Below are positions 1 through 9,841 of a DNA stretch of 58,310 nucleotides, one piece after another. Source of the DNA: an uncultured virus (IMG/VR IMGVR_UViG_2061766007_003026) (lineage: Duplodnaviria; Heunggongvirae; Uroviricota; Caudoviricetes); IMG/VR virus record IMGVR_UViG_2061766007_003026; one strand, 5' to 3'. Position numbers and translations under genes: made by a program. Numbering within the stretch: the stretch's first letter is position 1; each line of letters begins with the position of its first letter. The notes below the pieces were generated by a model. That model worked only from the letters and a program-made list of their open reading frames with translations, was not told the DNA's origin and did not search any database.

Positions 1-208
1 GTACCCACCGGGGCATCCCCGGGGATACCGCGGCATCACCCGGCAGGTAACATATACATAGCAAGGAGGCCAACATGGCAGAAGAACAGAAAAGAATCAA
101 GGTAAAGCTCGACGGTCGCAAACNNNNNNNNNNTGACCCACCGGGGAATCCCCGGAGACACCGCGGGGGAACCCGGCAGGTAATATATGCATAGCAAGGA
201 GGCCAACC

Positions 209-751
209 ATGGCAGAAGAACAGAAAAGAATCAAGGTAAAGCTCGACGGTCGCAAACGTGTGATGGTATACGAGAGCGACCGTGACGTTGACATGGACGA
301 AATCCGTGAATTCTGCGAGATTAACGAATTGGAGGTTCCCGAAGAGAACAGCCCCAAATACTGGGACATGGTAAACCATCTCCGCGAGCCGGAATGGGAT
401 GACTTCATAGGCAATGCGTCCTACCACTTCCCCGAGTACGTCGTCGTAGTCGGCAAGAACGGCCTATGGAACGGCGACAGGGCGGTCTTCCACCCGGAAC
501 GCGTTACCGACGTGGAAAAGTTCTTCGGCAAGTTCGTCCTGAATAGCCAGTGCGAAGTCCACATCGGGTACGACAAGGACGGCCTGTTCGTGGAGGTTCC
601 CCACCACGACGGCACGAATTTCTACCATATCCGCGAAATCAACGAACGCGGCAGGCGCTACTGGGATGCATGCACCGAAAGGTACGAAGACCCTTCCGCG
701 GCCCTCGCGCTTCCCTGCTTCAGCCGCAAGATTGACTGGTGGCTGGAATAG
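209..751 (+). CDS. hypothetical protein (180 aa); partial haplotype duplicate at 74-123
   Basis: AAGGAGG RBS, element at 138, coding-like codon use. Confidence 0.85.
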   Translation: MAEEQKRIKVKLDGRKRVMVYESDRDVDMDEIREFCEINELEVPEENSPKYWDMVNHLREPEWDDFIGNASYHFPEYVVVVGKNGLWNGDRAVFHPERVTDVEKFFGKFVLNSQCEVHIGYDKDGLFVEVPHHDGTNFYHIREINERGRRYWDACTERYEDPSAALALPCFSRKIDWWLE

Positions 752-931
752 AAAGTGCCGAAAATATTTCAAAAACGCCCACGGTGAACGCCGCGGGCAT
801 TTTTTGTTCCCTGGAGCTTTGTCGACCACAGAGGTCAGGAGCCTGACATCCTTATACACCCCACCGGGTACCTCCCGGGGACACCCGGTAATCACCCGGG
901 AGAGAACCTATTATACAGGGAGATTACACCT

Positions 932-1264
932 ATGGGAACCAGCAACACGAAAAAATTTTTAGATTTAATCAACAGCGCTGGAACCGTCAAGCGTCTTGGC
1001 GAGTTTGAGGTCTGCAAAAACGGCGATTGCAGCACGATGGTCGTATACGAGGGCCACGAGGGCTCCCGGTTCACCATCATGTGGAACCCGTCGCTCGCCG
1101 GGGAACCCGTGTACATCCGCAGGAGCGAACCCGTCCGAGGTACTGGCAGCTTCTGGGTATCCAAGGTCAGCTGCGTGGACAAGGACAGGGTATGGGGCTG
1201 GACGTGCAGGCCGGAGGAGTATCCAGCCGAAGTGGCCAGAACCTGGGACTTGAAGCTGGGCTAG
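932..1264 (+). CDS. hypothetical protein
   Basis: GGGAG RBS; element at 861. Confidence 0.8.
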   Translation: MGTSNTKKFLDLINSAGTVKRLGEFEVCKNGDCSTMVVYEGHEGSRFTIMWNPSLAGEPVYIRRSEPVRGTGSFWVSKVSCVDKDRVWGWTCRPEEYPAEVARTWDLKLG

Positions 1265-1344
1265 ACCATACCCACCGGGAAACCCCCGGGGACACCCGGG
1301 AGGAACCCGGGAGGGAACAGCTATATACAAGGAGACAATTTATT

Positions 1345-1656
1345 ATGGCTATGACAATCGAAAACATTATGGCGACCCAGCACGACGTGGCCCAGCGCGG
1401 CGATGTCAAGGAAACCACCGTCAGCAAGGTGAACGAAGCCATGAACCGCTGGGCGAAGAACAGTGCCAAGTACGGCATCACTGTCTGCACCGACCGTTTC
1501 ACCCGCGACCGCGAGCGTGCCTCCGAGAAGGCCTTCGCCGAGAAGTTCACTGCTACCTACCCGGGCAAGACCGGCAGGAAGACCGGCTTCGTGGTGATGT
1601 CCCGCTCGCCGCGCGCCGAACTCAAGTCCGAGAACGGGCAGCTCGTATTCAAGTAG
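1345..1656 (+). CDS. hypothetical protein (103 aa; start reassigned from 1027)
   Basis: AAGGAG RBS before ATG 1345; the upstream ORF extension runs through the element. Confidence 0.8.
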   Translation: MAMTIENIMATQHDVAQRGDVKETTVSKVNEAMNRWAKNSAKYGITVCTDRFTRDRERASEKAFAEKFTATYPGKTGRKTGFVVMSRSPRAELKSENGQLVFK

Positions 1657-2132
1657 GGGGGATAGCGGTATGGGAAAGGGTTGCCTCTTCGGGATTGGGA
1701 TAGGGATAGGGCTGCTGCTCGTCCCNNNNNNNNNNNNNNNNNNNNNNNNNNNNNNNNNNNNNNNNNNNNNNNNNNNNNNNNNNNNNNNNNNNNNNNNNNN
1801 NNNNNNNNNNNNNNNNNNNNNNNNNNNNNNNNNNNNNNNNNNNNNNNNNNNNNNNNNNNNNNNNNNNNNNNNNNNNNNNNNNNNNNNNNNNNNNNNNNNN
1901 NNNNNNNNNNNNNNNNNNNNNNNNNNNNNNNNNNNNNNNNTTGAAATTCAGGAGCCTCCCGGGAAACCCGGGAGGTTTTCCTGTATTTCCGGCAGCCGCC
2001 AGTGCGCCTCCTGAGCTTCGCCGGCTCCTACCGTACGCCACCGGGTATTGCCCGGGGGTGGCCGGGGTGGAATCGGCAGGCAACAATGATGTGTAAGGAC
2101 TCACGTTTCACCACCAAAACGAGGAATAACCT

Positions 2133-2295
2133 ATGATTATGAATGTTGGCATTACCGTAGACCAGACCAGCGAACTGTACGCCAAAGTCAAGCGGCTTTG
2201 CGAAGGCATCGAAGTGAAGTTCGGCGAGGAGTTCATCATCCCGTTTCCCATGCAGGAAGTGGATACCGGCGCAGGCAATTCCGAGTGCAACGCGT
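2133..2295 (+). CDS. partial (gap-truncated) allele of the 6463-6888 protein
   Basis: near-identical to 6463-6625. Confidence 0.8.
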
Positions 2296-2856
2296 TNNNN
2301 NNNNNNNNNNNNNNNNNNNNNNNNNNNNNNNNNNNNNNNNNNNNNNNNNNNNNNNNNNNNNNNNNNNNNNNNNNNNNNNNNNNNNNNNNNNNNNNNNNNN
2401 NNNNNNNNNNNNNNNNNNNNNNNNNNNNNNNNNNNNNNNNNNNNNNNNNNNNNNNNNNNNNNNNNNNNNNNNNNNNNNNNNNNNNNNNNNNNNNNNNNNN
2501 NNNNNNNNNNNNNNNNNNNNNNNNNNNNNNNNNNNNNNNNNNNNNNNNNNNNNNNNNNNNNNNNNNNNNNNNNNNNNNNNNNNNNNNNNNNNNNNNNNNN
2601 NNNNNNNNNNNNNNNNNNNNNNNNNNNNNNNNNNNNNNNNNNNNNNNNNNNNNNNNNNNNNNNNNNNNNNNNNNNNNNNNNNNNNNNNNNNNNNNNNNNN
2701 NNNNNNNNNNNNNNNNNNNNNNNNNNNNNNNNNNNNNNNNNNNNNNNNNNNNNNNNNNNNNNNNNNNNNNNNNGTGACCCACCGGGGAACCCCCGGAGAT
2801 ACCTAAGGATTACCCGGGAGGGAACATATAAACACAAGACGACAAGGAGAACAATA

Positions 2857-3954
2857 ATGACAAAGAAACCCCTTTCAGAAAAAATCACCAACCTTCCGGT
2901 GGAAACCCGAGACCGTAAAGCGGTCACTGTACCGAACCGCGCCGCAAAGCGCGCCGCAGCTAAGAACGGCAGCCTTCACAAGGCTAAGACCGCGAAGAAT
3001 GACGAGTTCTACACGAGGCTGGAGGATATTGAAGAAGAACTGAAAAACTACCGTAAATATTTCAAGGGCAAAATTGTCCTCTGCAATGCGGATGACCCGG
3101 AATGGAGCAACTTCTTCCGCTACTTCGCCATCAACTTCAGCTTCCTCGGTCTGAAGAAGCTCATCGCTACTCACTACGAGACGAACGGAAAGTCCTACGC
3201 ACTCGTCGTGGACTGCAACCTCGACGTGAATGGAGACGGCAAGATTGACCTCAAGGACGCCGTCCGCGTCGAACTTGAGGGCAACGGCGACTTCCGTAGC
3301 GAGGAATGCGTAAAGTTCCTCGATGAAGCTGATGTCGTGGTGACCAACATTCCGTTTTCCCTTGCCAGGGAATACTTGAAGGTCATGAAAGACAGTAAGA
3401 AAAAATTCCTTTTCCTCGGGAACCGCAACATGATTACCTACAAGGAATTTTTTGCGGAAATCAAGGCAAACCGCATGTGGCTCGGTGTAAGCCCGATGAG
3501 TTGCACCTGGTTTGAAGTTCCTCAACTTCCCGAATATAAAAAAGAAGGTAACCGTTTCAAGATTGAAAATGGAAAATGGTATCGTTCCCTCGGTAACGCC
3601 TGCTGGTTCACGAATATCCCACACTCGAAGCGCAACACCCCGCTCGACCTCGTAGGCAACGAGTACAGCCCGGAAAAATACCCGAAGTACGACAACTACG
3701 ATGTCATAGAGGTCTCGAAGGTCTCGGAAATCCCGGACGGCTACAATGGCGTCATGGCTGTTCCCATCACCTTCCTCGACAAGTACTGTCCTGACCAGTT
3801 CGAGATTGTCAGTTGCAATGACTACCGGGTCAATAATGCCATTCCAACTAAAGCACATGGCTTGATTAAAGATAAGGAAGGCACCATTAACGGAAAAGCC
3901 ACTTACGTGCGAATCTGCATCAAGGCGAAGCCCGCCAAGAAGGGCAAAAAATAA
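2857..3954 (+). CDS. adenine-specific DNA methyltransferase, EcoRI-methylase-like family
   Basis: AK..KNDEFYT, FKGKIVLCNADDPEWSNF, GNGDFRSEEC, VVTN(I)PFSL, CWFTN, YPKYDNYD..EV, GVMAVPITFLDKY motifs. Confidence 0.9.
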   Translation: MTKKPLSEKITNLPVETRDRKAVTVPNRAAKRAAAKNGSLHKAKTAKNDEFYTRLEDIEEELKNYRKYFKGKIVLCNADDPEWSNFFRYFAINFSFLGLKKLIATHYETNGKSYALVVDCNLDVNGDGKIDLKDAVRVELEGNGDFRSEECVKFLDEADVVVTNIPFSLAREYLKVMKDSKKKFLFLGNRNMITYKEFFAEIKANRMWLGVSPMSCTWFEVPQLPEYKKEGNRFKIENGKWYRSLGNACWFTNIPHSKRNTPLDLVGNEYSPEKYPKYDNYDVIEVSKVSEIPDGYNGVMAVPITFLDKYCPDQFEIVSCNDYRVNNAIPTKAHGLIKDKEGTINGKATYVRICIKAKPAKKGKK

Positions 3955-4204
3955 TCCAAAATTCTCCATCGTCTGACCCCCGGGTTATCCCGGGGGTTTC
4001 TTTTTTCTTTCGGATTCCACCTCGATGACCCCGGGCCCTCCCCGGTGGGTCACGTACTGTCCAGCCTTCCACGGTCGTCTCTCGACAACACACCCCTTCA
4101 GAACCCTGATGTCCGGTTATGCAACTCCTCCCGATATATTTGCATACCCACCGGGTACACCCCGGTGATACCGCAGCATTACCCATAAGGCAACGCAATC
4201 ATGT

Positions 4205-4576
4205 ATGAAGTGGCTACTGTTCATAAATGACCTAGTATGGCTGGCAACAGCAATCCGTTGTGCCACCTGTGAACACCTGGACGAACACCCGGTGCTCACC
4301 GGCATTATCATGGTCACTACGGTAATCTATGCAGTAGACCTGCTGACCAAGTTCCGCGCGCTGCACTGGAACCTCAAGGAAGGACTCCGCAGGTACTGGC
4401 TTGACATCCTGCTGCTGATTCCCTTCGTGAAGCTGTTCCGCGGGCTCCGCATCATCAAGGTGGGCCGACTACTGTGGATGGCAGACGCTGCGTGCGACTT
4501 CACCGAGATGCTCTACCGGGCAATCCACGCCATCCGCACGTGGCTCCACCGGGGAGGGCCCGGGGACACCCGGTAA
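4205..4576 (+). CDS. small membrane protein resembling an ion-channel voltage-sensor segment (S2-S4), no pore
   Basis: hydrophobic helices, then WLDILLLIPFVKLFRGLRIIKVGRLL with R/K every third residue; 3' end reads through element 4546. Confidence 0.6.
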   Translation: MKWLLFINDLVWLATAIRCATCEHLDEHPVLTGIIMVTTVIYAVDLLTKFRALHWNLKEGLRRYWLDILLLIPFVKLFRGLRIIKVGRLLWMADAACDFTEMLYRAIHAIRTWLHRGGPGDTR

Positions 4577-4618
4577 CTCCCGGGAAGGCAACCCGTACAT
4601 GCAAGGAGATTAACAAGT

Positions 4619-5263
4619 ATGAAAATCAACCCCTACAAGCTCACAATATCCGACTTGACCGGGCAATTCGAGGACAGCGTCCGCGGGGCATGGGTCATCC
4701 TCGTCTGCGGTATCAAGCTGATTATCCGTCCCGAATTCCAGCGGGAATTCGTATACTCCCTCGCCGACCAAGTCGCGGTCATCTTAACCATCTTGGAAGG
4801 CGCCCCGCTGAACTGCGTATACTTCAGTGTCAATACAGACGGTACCTTCGAGGTCATCGACGGGCAGCAACGAATCCTGTCCATACTTCACTTCATCGCA
4901 GGAGACTTCTCGGTGGAGTGGAACGGGGAGACCCTTTACTGGCACAACCTCCCGGCAGACCTCAAGGAGAAGGTGCTCTCCTACGACCTGCTCACCACGT
5001 ACACCTGCGAAGGCGGGGAAAGCGACAAGCTGAACTGGTTCCGTCGAATAAATACTGCGGGCGTCGAGTTAAATAACCAGGAGCTACTCAATGCAACCTA
5101 TCACGGTCCGTTCATCACCTCGGCACGAGAAATGTTTTCAAAACCGAACTGCCGCGCCGTCAAGGTGGCTTCCATGGAGGGAAAACCTTTGATGAAAGGC
5201 AGCCCTATTCGCCAAGACCTGCTCGAGCAAGTTTTGATTTGGGCCGCGGATGCGGAGACGTAA
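4619..5263 (+). CDS. DUF262 (GmrSD/ParB-like) domain protein, N-terminal part of a split DUF262-HNH nuclease
   Basis: IRPEFQREFVY, EVIDGQQRILS, WFRRINTAGVELNNQELLNA. Confidence 0.9.
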   Translation: MKINPYKLTISDLTGQFEDSVRGAWVILVCGIKLIIRPEFQREFVYSLADQVAVILTILEGAPLNCVYFSVNTDGTFEVIDGQQRILSILHFIAGDFSVEWNGETLYWHNLPADLKEKVLSYDLLTTYTCEGGESDKLNWFRRINTAGVELNNQELLNATYHGPFITSAREMFSKPNCRAVKVASMEGKPLMKGSPIRQDLLEQVLIWAADAET

Positions 5264-5341
5264 CCGCTACCTACCGGGTACACCCCGGAGACACCCAGGT
5301 ATACCCAGCAAGCCAAATGTTGAATGAAAGGAGACATGACC

Positions 5342-5815
5342 ATGAACAACATCGAATACATAGCCCAGCACCAGCATGACGCGAATGCCGATTCCCTGTG
5401 GGTATATTTTTCATCGGTTATGAGCTGGGTCAAGACAAAATTTAACAGCTACCGCAAGGAAATGGCTGGCGTCCCCTGGGGACTTCTCTACAATCGTTAC
5501 AAGCATGACACACGTACCCCCGAGGAAATCGAAAGCGAGGTGTCCCGCTTGATGCAAGATGAAGATGTCACTAACAAGAAAGGTATATACAGTTACATCT
5601 TCACCGGCGAGGAAAAGGAGCTGTCGATTCGCACCTTTACCGATGCACAAAAGCGTGAAGCCTATGAGCGCCAAGGAGGAACCTGTGCCTGCTGCGGTAA
5701 CAAGTTCCCTCTCGAGGGACTGCAAGCGCACCACGTAAAGCCGTGGCATTCCGGCGGGAAGACCATCCCGTCCAACTTGAAACTGCTATGCCCTACATGT
5801 CACCGAGACGTTTAA
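5342..5815 (+). CDS. HNH endonuclease, C-terminal part of the split DUF262-HNH nuclease
   Basis: CACC...AHHVKPWHSGGKT...NLKLLCPTCH; own AAGGAG RBS. Confidence 0.88.
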   Translation: MNNIEYIAQHQHDANADSLWVYFSSVMSWVKTKFNSYRKEMAGVPWGLLYNRYKHDTRTPEEIESEVSRLMQDEDVTNKKGIYSYIFTGEEKELSIRTFTDAQKREAYERQGGTCACCGNKFPLEGLQAHHVKPWHSGGKTIPSNLKLLCPTCHRDV

Positions 5816-5936
5816 CCTCCTGCCAGAGCCTCCCGGGAACCCCGGGAGGTTTCCTTCCATATAACCCACCGGGTACCNNNNNNNNNNGCTCAAGTCCGAG
5901 AACGGGCAGCTCGTATTCCAGTAGGAGGATAGCGGT

Positions 5937-6059
5937 ATGGGGAAGGGTTGCCTCTTCGGGATTGGGATAGGGATAGGGCTGCTGCTCGTCCCCGTCATTT
6001 TCAAGCTGCTGGTGGCGCTGTTCGCGCTGGTGGCTGTCGGAATCGCCTCGGTACTTTAA
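5937..6059 (+). CDS. 40-aa hydrophobic membrane peptide (partial allele at 1670)
   Basis: GGAGG RBS; MGKGCLFGIGIGIGLLLVPVIFKLLVALFALVAVGIASVL. Confidence 0.7.
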   Translation: MGKGCLFGIGIGIGLLLVPVIFKLLVALFALVAVGIASVL

Positions 6060-6070
6060 AGGAGACTATA

Positions 6071-6262
6071 ATGAAAAAATATTTTTTACGACTCGCCGCA
6101 ATTCTGCGCCATGCATTCATCGGGTACCAAATCATAGGTACCAACAAGAAAACCGGGAAACGGGAAGTAGTGTACTGCTATCCCGACTACGACAGCGCAA
6201 TGCTCGTGGGTTCCTTTGGCTGGAGGGGGCAGGAGCAATATACCGACCTTGAGATACGCTAG
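6071..6262 (+). CDS. hypothetical protein (63 aa)
   Basis: AAGGAG RBS before ATG 6071. Confidence 0.75.
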   Translation: MKKYFLRLAAILRHAFIGYQIIGTNKKTGKREVVYCYPDYDSAMLVGSFGWRGQEQYTDLEIR

Positions 6263-6462
6263 GAATTATTTTTGAAATTCAGGAGCCTCCCGGGAACCCG
6301 GGAGGTTTTCCTGTATTCCCGGCAGCCGCCAGTGCGTCTTCTGAGCTTCGCCGGCTCCTACCGTACGCCACCGGGTATTGCCCGGGGGTGGCCGGGGTGG
6401 AATCGGCAGGCAACAATGATGCGTAAGGAGTCACTTTTCACCACCAAAACGAGGAATAACCT

Positions 6463-6888
6463 ATGATTATGGATGTTGGCATTACCGTAGACCAGACCAG
6501 CGAACTGTACGCCAAAGTCAAGCGGCTTTGCGAAGGCATCGAAGTGAAGTTCGGCGAGGACTTCATCATCCCGTTCCCCATGCAGGAAGTGGATACCGGC
6601 GCAGGCAATTCCGAGTGCAACGCGCTGCGCTTCAGCGTGAACTACCGCAAGGGCGGGTACAGCTTCTACGACGGGCACAAGTATCCCTCCAGCTACTACC
6701 TCAATATCACTCCCATCGAACAGACCGAACACGGCTCCCGCTACGTGATGTTCGGTGGCGGCAACTGCACCATCGCGGAGTGCAACCGCAACACCCCGAA
6801 GCAACGCGGGATTGCCGCCAACGCCGTCCAGTCCGAACTTGTCGATATTGTCTACAAGAGCATTTGCCACTTCAAGATTACCCTCTAG
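6463..6888 (+). CDS. hypothetical protein (141 aa)
   Basis: GAGG RBS, element 6368, second allele at 2133. Confidence 0.85.
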   Translation: MIMDVGITVDQTSELYAKVKRLCEGIEVKFGEDFIIPFPMQEVDTGAGNSECNALRFSVNYRKGGYSFYDGHKYPSSYYLNITPIEQTEHGSRYVMFGGGNCTIAECNRNTPKQRGIAANAVQSELVDIVYKSICHFKITL

Positions 6889-7124
6889 CCGCATCACGGA
6901 CGTCATGTCTAGACTCCCCGGGATTTCCCGGGGATTTATTTTTTGAAATTCAGGAACCTCCCGGAAACCCGGGAGGTTTTCCTGTTTCCGACGACTGAGT
7001 CATCGAGATGACGGCCGCGGGCCTGGAGATATTCATGGCCCACCGGGGACACCCCGGAGATACCGGGGAAAACACCGGGAGGAAATACTGAAATAGATAC
7101 TAGATTTGAGCAAGGGAGATACCT

Positions 7125-8699
7125 ATGAACAAGATTACAAAGGCCGCACAGGAAGCAAGAGCTATCTCGGCGAAGATTAAGATTAGCGAGCTTGAAAAGG
7201 AGCTCCGCTCCATCTCCAACGACGCTACCGACCAGGAAAGCCTGGTAGCGATAGCTTGGCTCAAGGCTTTCAAGAAACACTGGAAGAAGGTGGTACTCAC
7301 CCGCCGCGAAAAGTGCGACGCCTACTTGAGCATCGACAAGAAGGCCATGCTCATCGAGTTCAAGAAGGACCAGAACATGCAGGACCCAGCAATCCGTGCC
7401 AGGGTTCTCACGCAGGCCATCCACTACTACTCCCGTTTCCTTAACGGCAAGACCGACCTCCGCACGCCGGACGTCATCTTCGTGGCCGACAAGAACGAAT
7501 GCTTCGCCCTCCATGTCAATTTTGTGAACCAATACGTCAGCATGATTGACGAAAGCCTTGCGCCCAGCGCACAGCACAACAACGCTAAACTGATAGAGGC
7601 GCTCATCAAGGATACTGACTTGCAGACGCAGGCAATTGTTTACCACATCGACGAGACCGACTTCAGTCCCGAAAAAATTTTTGACAAAATCGACCAGATG
7701 CTGGCCGGAGTCACCCGCATCGTCCCGGTGACTCCCGGTACCCTGAAGAAGGGATTCGATTATTTTTGCACTTCCATCCTTGTAGACATCAAGGACATGA
7801 CCGCCAATGAACTTGTCGGCCGTTTCTATGCATTCATGAAGGGACAAAAAGACGCCGTAATCGCCAAGGGAAAGCTCATGGGCATCGAAGGCTATGCCCC
7901 GGTAGCCATCAACGAAACCAAGGCACTCCAGTTCAAGGCACGCTTTGGCGTGTTCAGCGAAACTGACAGCCAAGAACTCGAACGCCTCTACGACACCCTC
8001 GTTGGCGAAGCCGAACGTCGCCGCAATGGGCAATTTTTCACGCCGAAAATTTTTGTAGACGAAGCTCATCGTCGCATTGCAAGAGTTCTCGGTGACAATT
8101 GGGAACAGACCAGTCTCGTATGGGACTGTTGCTGTGGGACAAAAAGTCTCACCCGCGATTATGAGTTTGGAAACCTGTACCTCTCCACTCTCGACCGCAA
8201 CGAGCTCAAGTGCTCCGAGTCTCTCTCTACTGAGGCCATGGAAACGTTTGTTTTCGACTTCCTCAACGGAGCCACCGCCACCCTCCCGAAGACACTGGTG
8301 GACGCCCTCAAGGCTCACAAGGACAAGAGTATTACATTTTTTGTAAACCCACCCTATGGACAAGCAACATCCGGTGCGGGCAAAGAACACAAGGAAGGTG
8401 TGTCCAAGACCGCCATACAGACCCGTATGATGGATGCCGGGATGGGCAAGGCAGCCAACGAACTGACCGTCCAGTTCCTCTACCGCTTCCTCGAACTCAT
8501 CAAGGAGTTCCGTCTCACCAACGTGACCGTAGGCCTGTTCTCTAACCCTGCGTGGATGACCGGGGATGCCTGCGAGAAGTTCCGCAAGGAATGGCAGGAG
8601 GTGTTTACCTTCGACAACTCCTTCGGATTCCGTTCCGAGGAGTTCGCCGGGGTAAAGCCGGGCTGGGCAATCAACTTCTCCGTCTGGAGGATGCAGTAA
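7125..8699 (+). CDS. N6-adenine DNA methyltransferase (type IIG-like architecture), N-terminal/catalytic part of a split gene
   Basis: GQFFTP, VWDCCCGTKSLT (motif I), FVNPPYG (motif IV); N-terminal PD..F.ADK segment may be nuclease-like. Confidence 0.85.
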   Translation: MNKITKAAQEARAISAKIKISELEKELRSISNDATDQESLVAIAWLKAFKKHWKKVVLTRREKCDAYLSIDKKAMLIEFKKDQNMQDPAIRARVLTQAIHYYSRFLNGKTDLRTPDVIFVADKNECFALHVNFVNQYVSMIDESLAPSAQHNNAKLIEALIKDTDLQTQAIVYHIDETDFSPEKIFDKIDQMLAGVTRIVPVTPGTLKKGFDYFCTSILVDIKDMTANELVGRFYAFMKGQKDAVIAKGKLMGIEGYAPVAINETKALQFKARFGVFSETDSQELERLYDTLVGEAERRRNGQFFTPKIFVDEAHRRIARVLGDNWEQTSLVWDCCCGTKSLTRDYEFGNLYLSTLDRNELKCSESLSTEAMETFVFDFLNGATATLPKTLVDALKAHKDKSITFFVNPPYGQATSGAGKEHKEGVSKTAIQTRMMDAGMGKAANELTVQFLYRFLELIKEFRLTNVTVGLFSNPAWMTGDACEKFRKEWQEVFTFDNSFGFRSEEFAGVKPGWAINFSVWRMQ

Positions 8700-8770
8700 C
8701 CCACCGGGTTCATCCCGGACATACCAGGCACATCATATGGAGGAAACCACTATAGGCAAGGAGATATAAT

Positions 8771-9709
8771 ATGGCACGAAAAAATACAACCCATACTACA
8801 AGACATCAAGTCCAAACTGAATTTCCGGTGGACTTGCTGGAAAACCTTGATGGACAGGAACTTGTCCTCGTCGGTACGCACATCTACTACAACCTCGACG
8901 GCAAGGTTAAGTTGTCCGATTGGATGCGCGGGGAACTTCCCAAGTGCAACAAGAGTGTATGCACCACCGACGGCATCAAGGTTATTCCTAGCACTGCAAA
9001 AAGTGCAACAGGTAATACCTGTGCAGGAGCATTGGGTTATTTCGTGAACAACAGCAATAATGTCTGTGAATCTGCCCAATATGTCATTCTGACATCATTA
9101 CCTCATTCACATGGCCATGGCTTCAACCTCCTCCCGGAGAACTTCGACCGAGCCGTGTCCGGGTTCGCCGCCCGCCGTCTCGTGGTGGACAATGTTTGGA
9201 ACCACCAGGACTGCTACATGGCCCCGAATACGGAACACCCCAAGTATGCCGAATGGCAGAAGGACTGCTACATCTTCTCCATGTTCGAGGCCAAGTCCAA
9301 CCAGACCTCCATCAAGGGCGAGGTGGACGGGGAAGCCTACGACTTCAAAAACAACTTCTACCCCTTCTCCAAGCAGGATACCTATTCCTTCCTCGGTCTC
9401 CAATGGAAGCAGAACTCCAAGGACGAGACCCGGTTCATCGCGGACAAGCTCACCGGCCTGACCCGGGAGGGACAGAAGGTGCTGGACGACTTCAAGGCCT
9501 GCCTTCAGACTTCTTCCAAGGTCCGCCCAGCCTATTCCAAGGCACACCCGGAACTCCAAGTGCAACGCTGGGATGCAGGGTGGCGACAGCTCAAGGGACT
9601 CTTTGAGGAGGCCTGCCCTGACCAGTTCAACCAGCTCAAGGCCGACTTCAAGGCACTCAAGGACAAAATGTTCCCCCTCGTCTACGAACTTGGCTTCCTT
9701 CGAGCCTAA
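8771..9709 (+). CDS. probable C-terminal/specificity part of the preceding methyltransferase
   Basis: SNQTS..., WDAGWRQLK, PLVYELGFL tail recalled from the C-terminus of this MTase family; own RBS after element 8701. Confidence 0.7.
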   Translation: MARKNTTHTTRHQVQTEFPVDLLENLDGQELVLVGTHIYYNLDGKVKLSDWMRGELPKCNKSVCTTDGIKVIPSTAKSATGNTCAGALGYFVNNSNNVCESAQYVILTSLPHSHGHGFNLLPENFDRAVSGFAARRLVVDNVWNHQDCYMAPNTEHPKYAEWQKDCYIFSMFEAKSNQTSIKGEVDGEAYDFKNNFYPFSKQDTYSFLGLQWKQNSKDETRFIADKLTGLTREGQKVLDDFKACLQTSSKVRPAYSKAHPELQVQRWDAGWRQLKGLFEEACPDQFNQLKADFKALKDKMFPLVYELGFLRA

Positions 9710-9841
9710 TGCAACTACCATATCTCCTGCCAGTGCCTCCCGGGAACCCCGGGAGGTTTCCTTCCATATAACCCACCGGGTACCTCCCGGGGAGAACCAA
9801 GGATTACCCGGCAGGCAACTTACCGATACAAGGAGACAATT

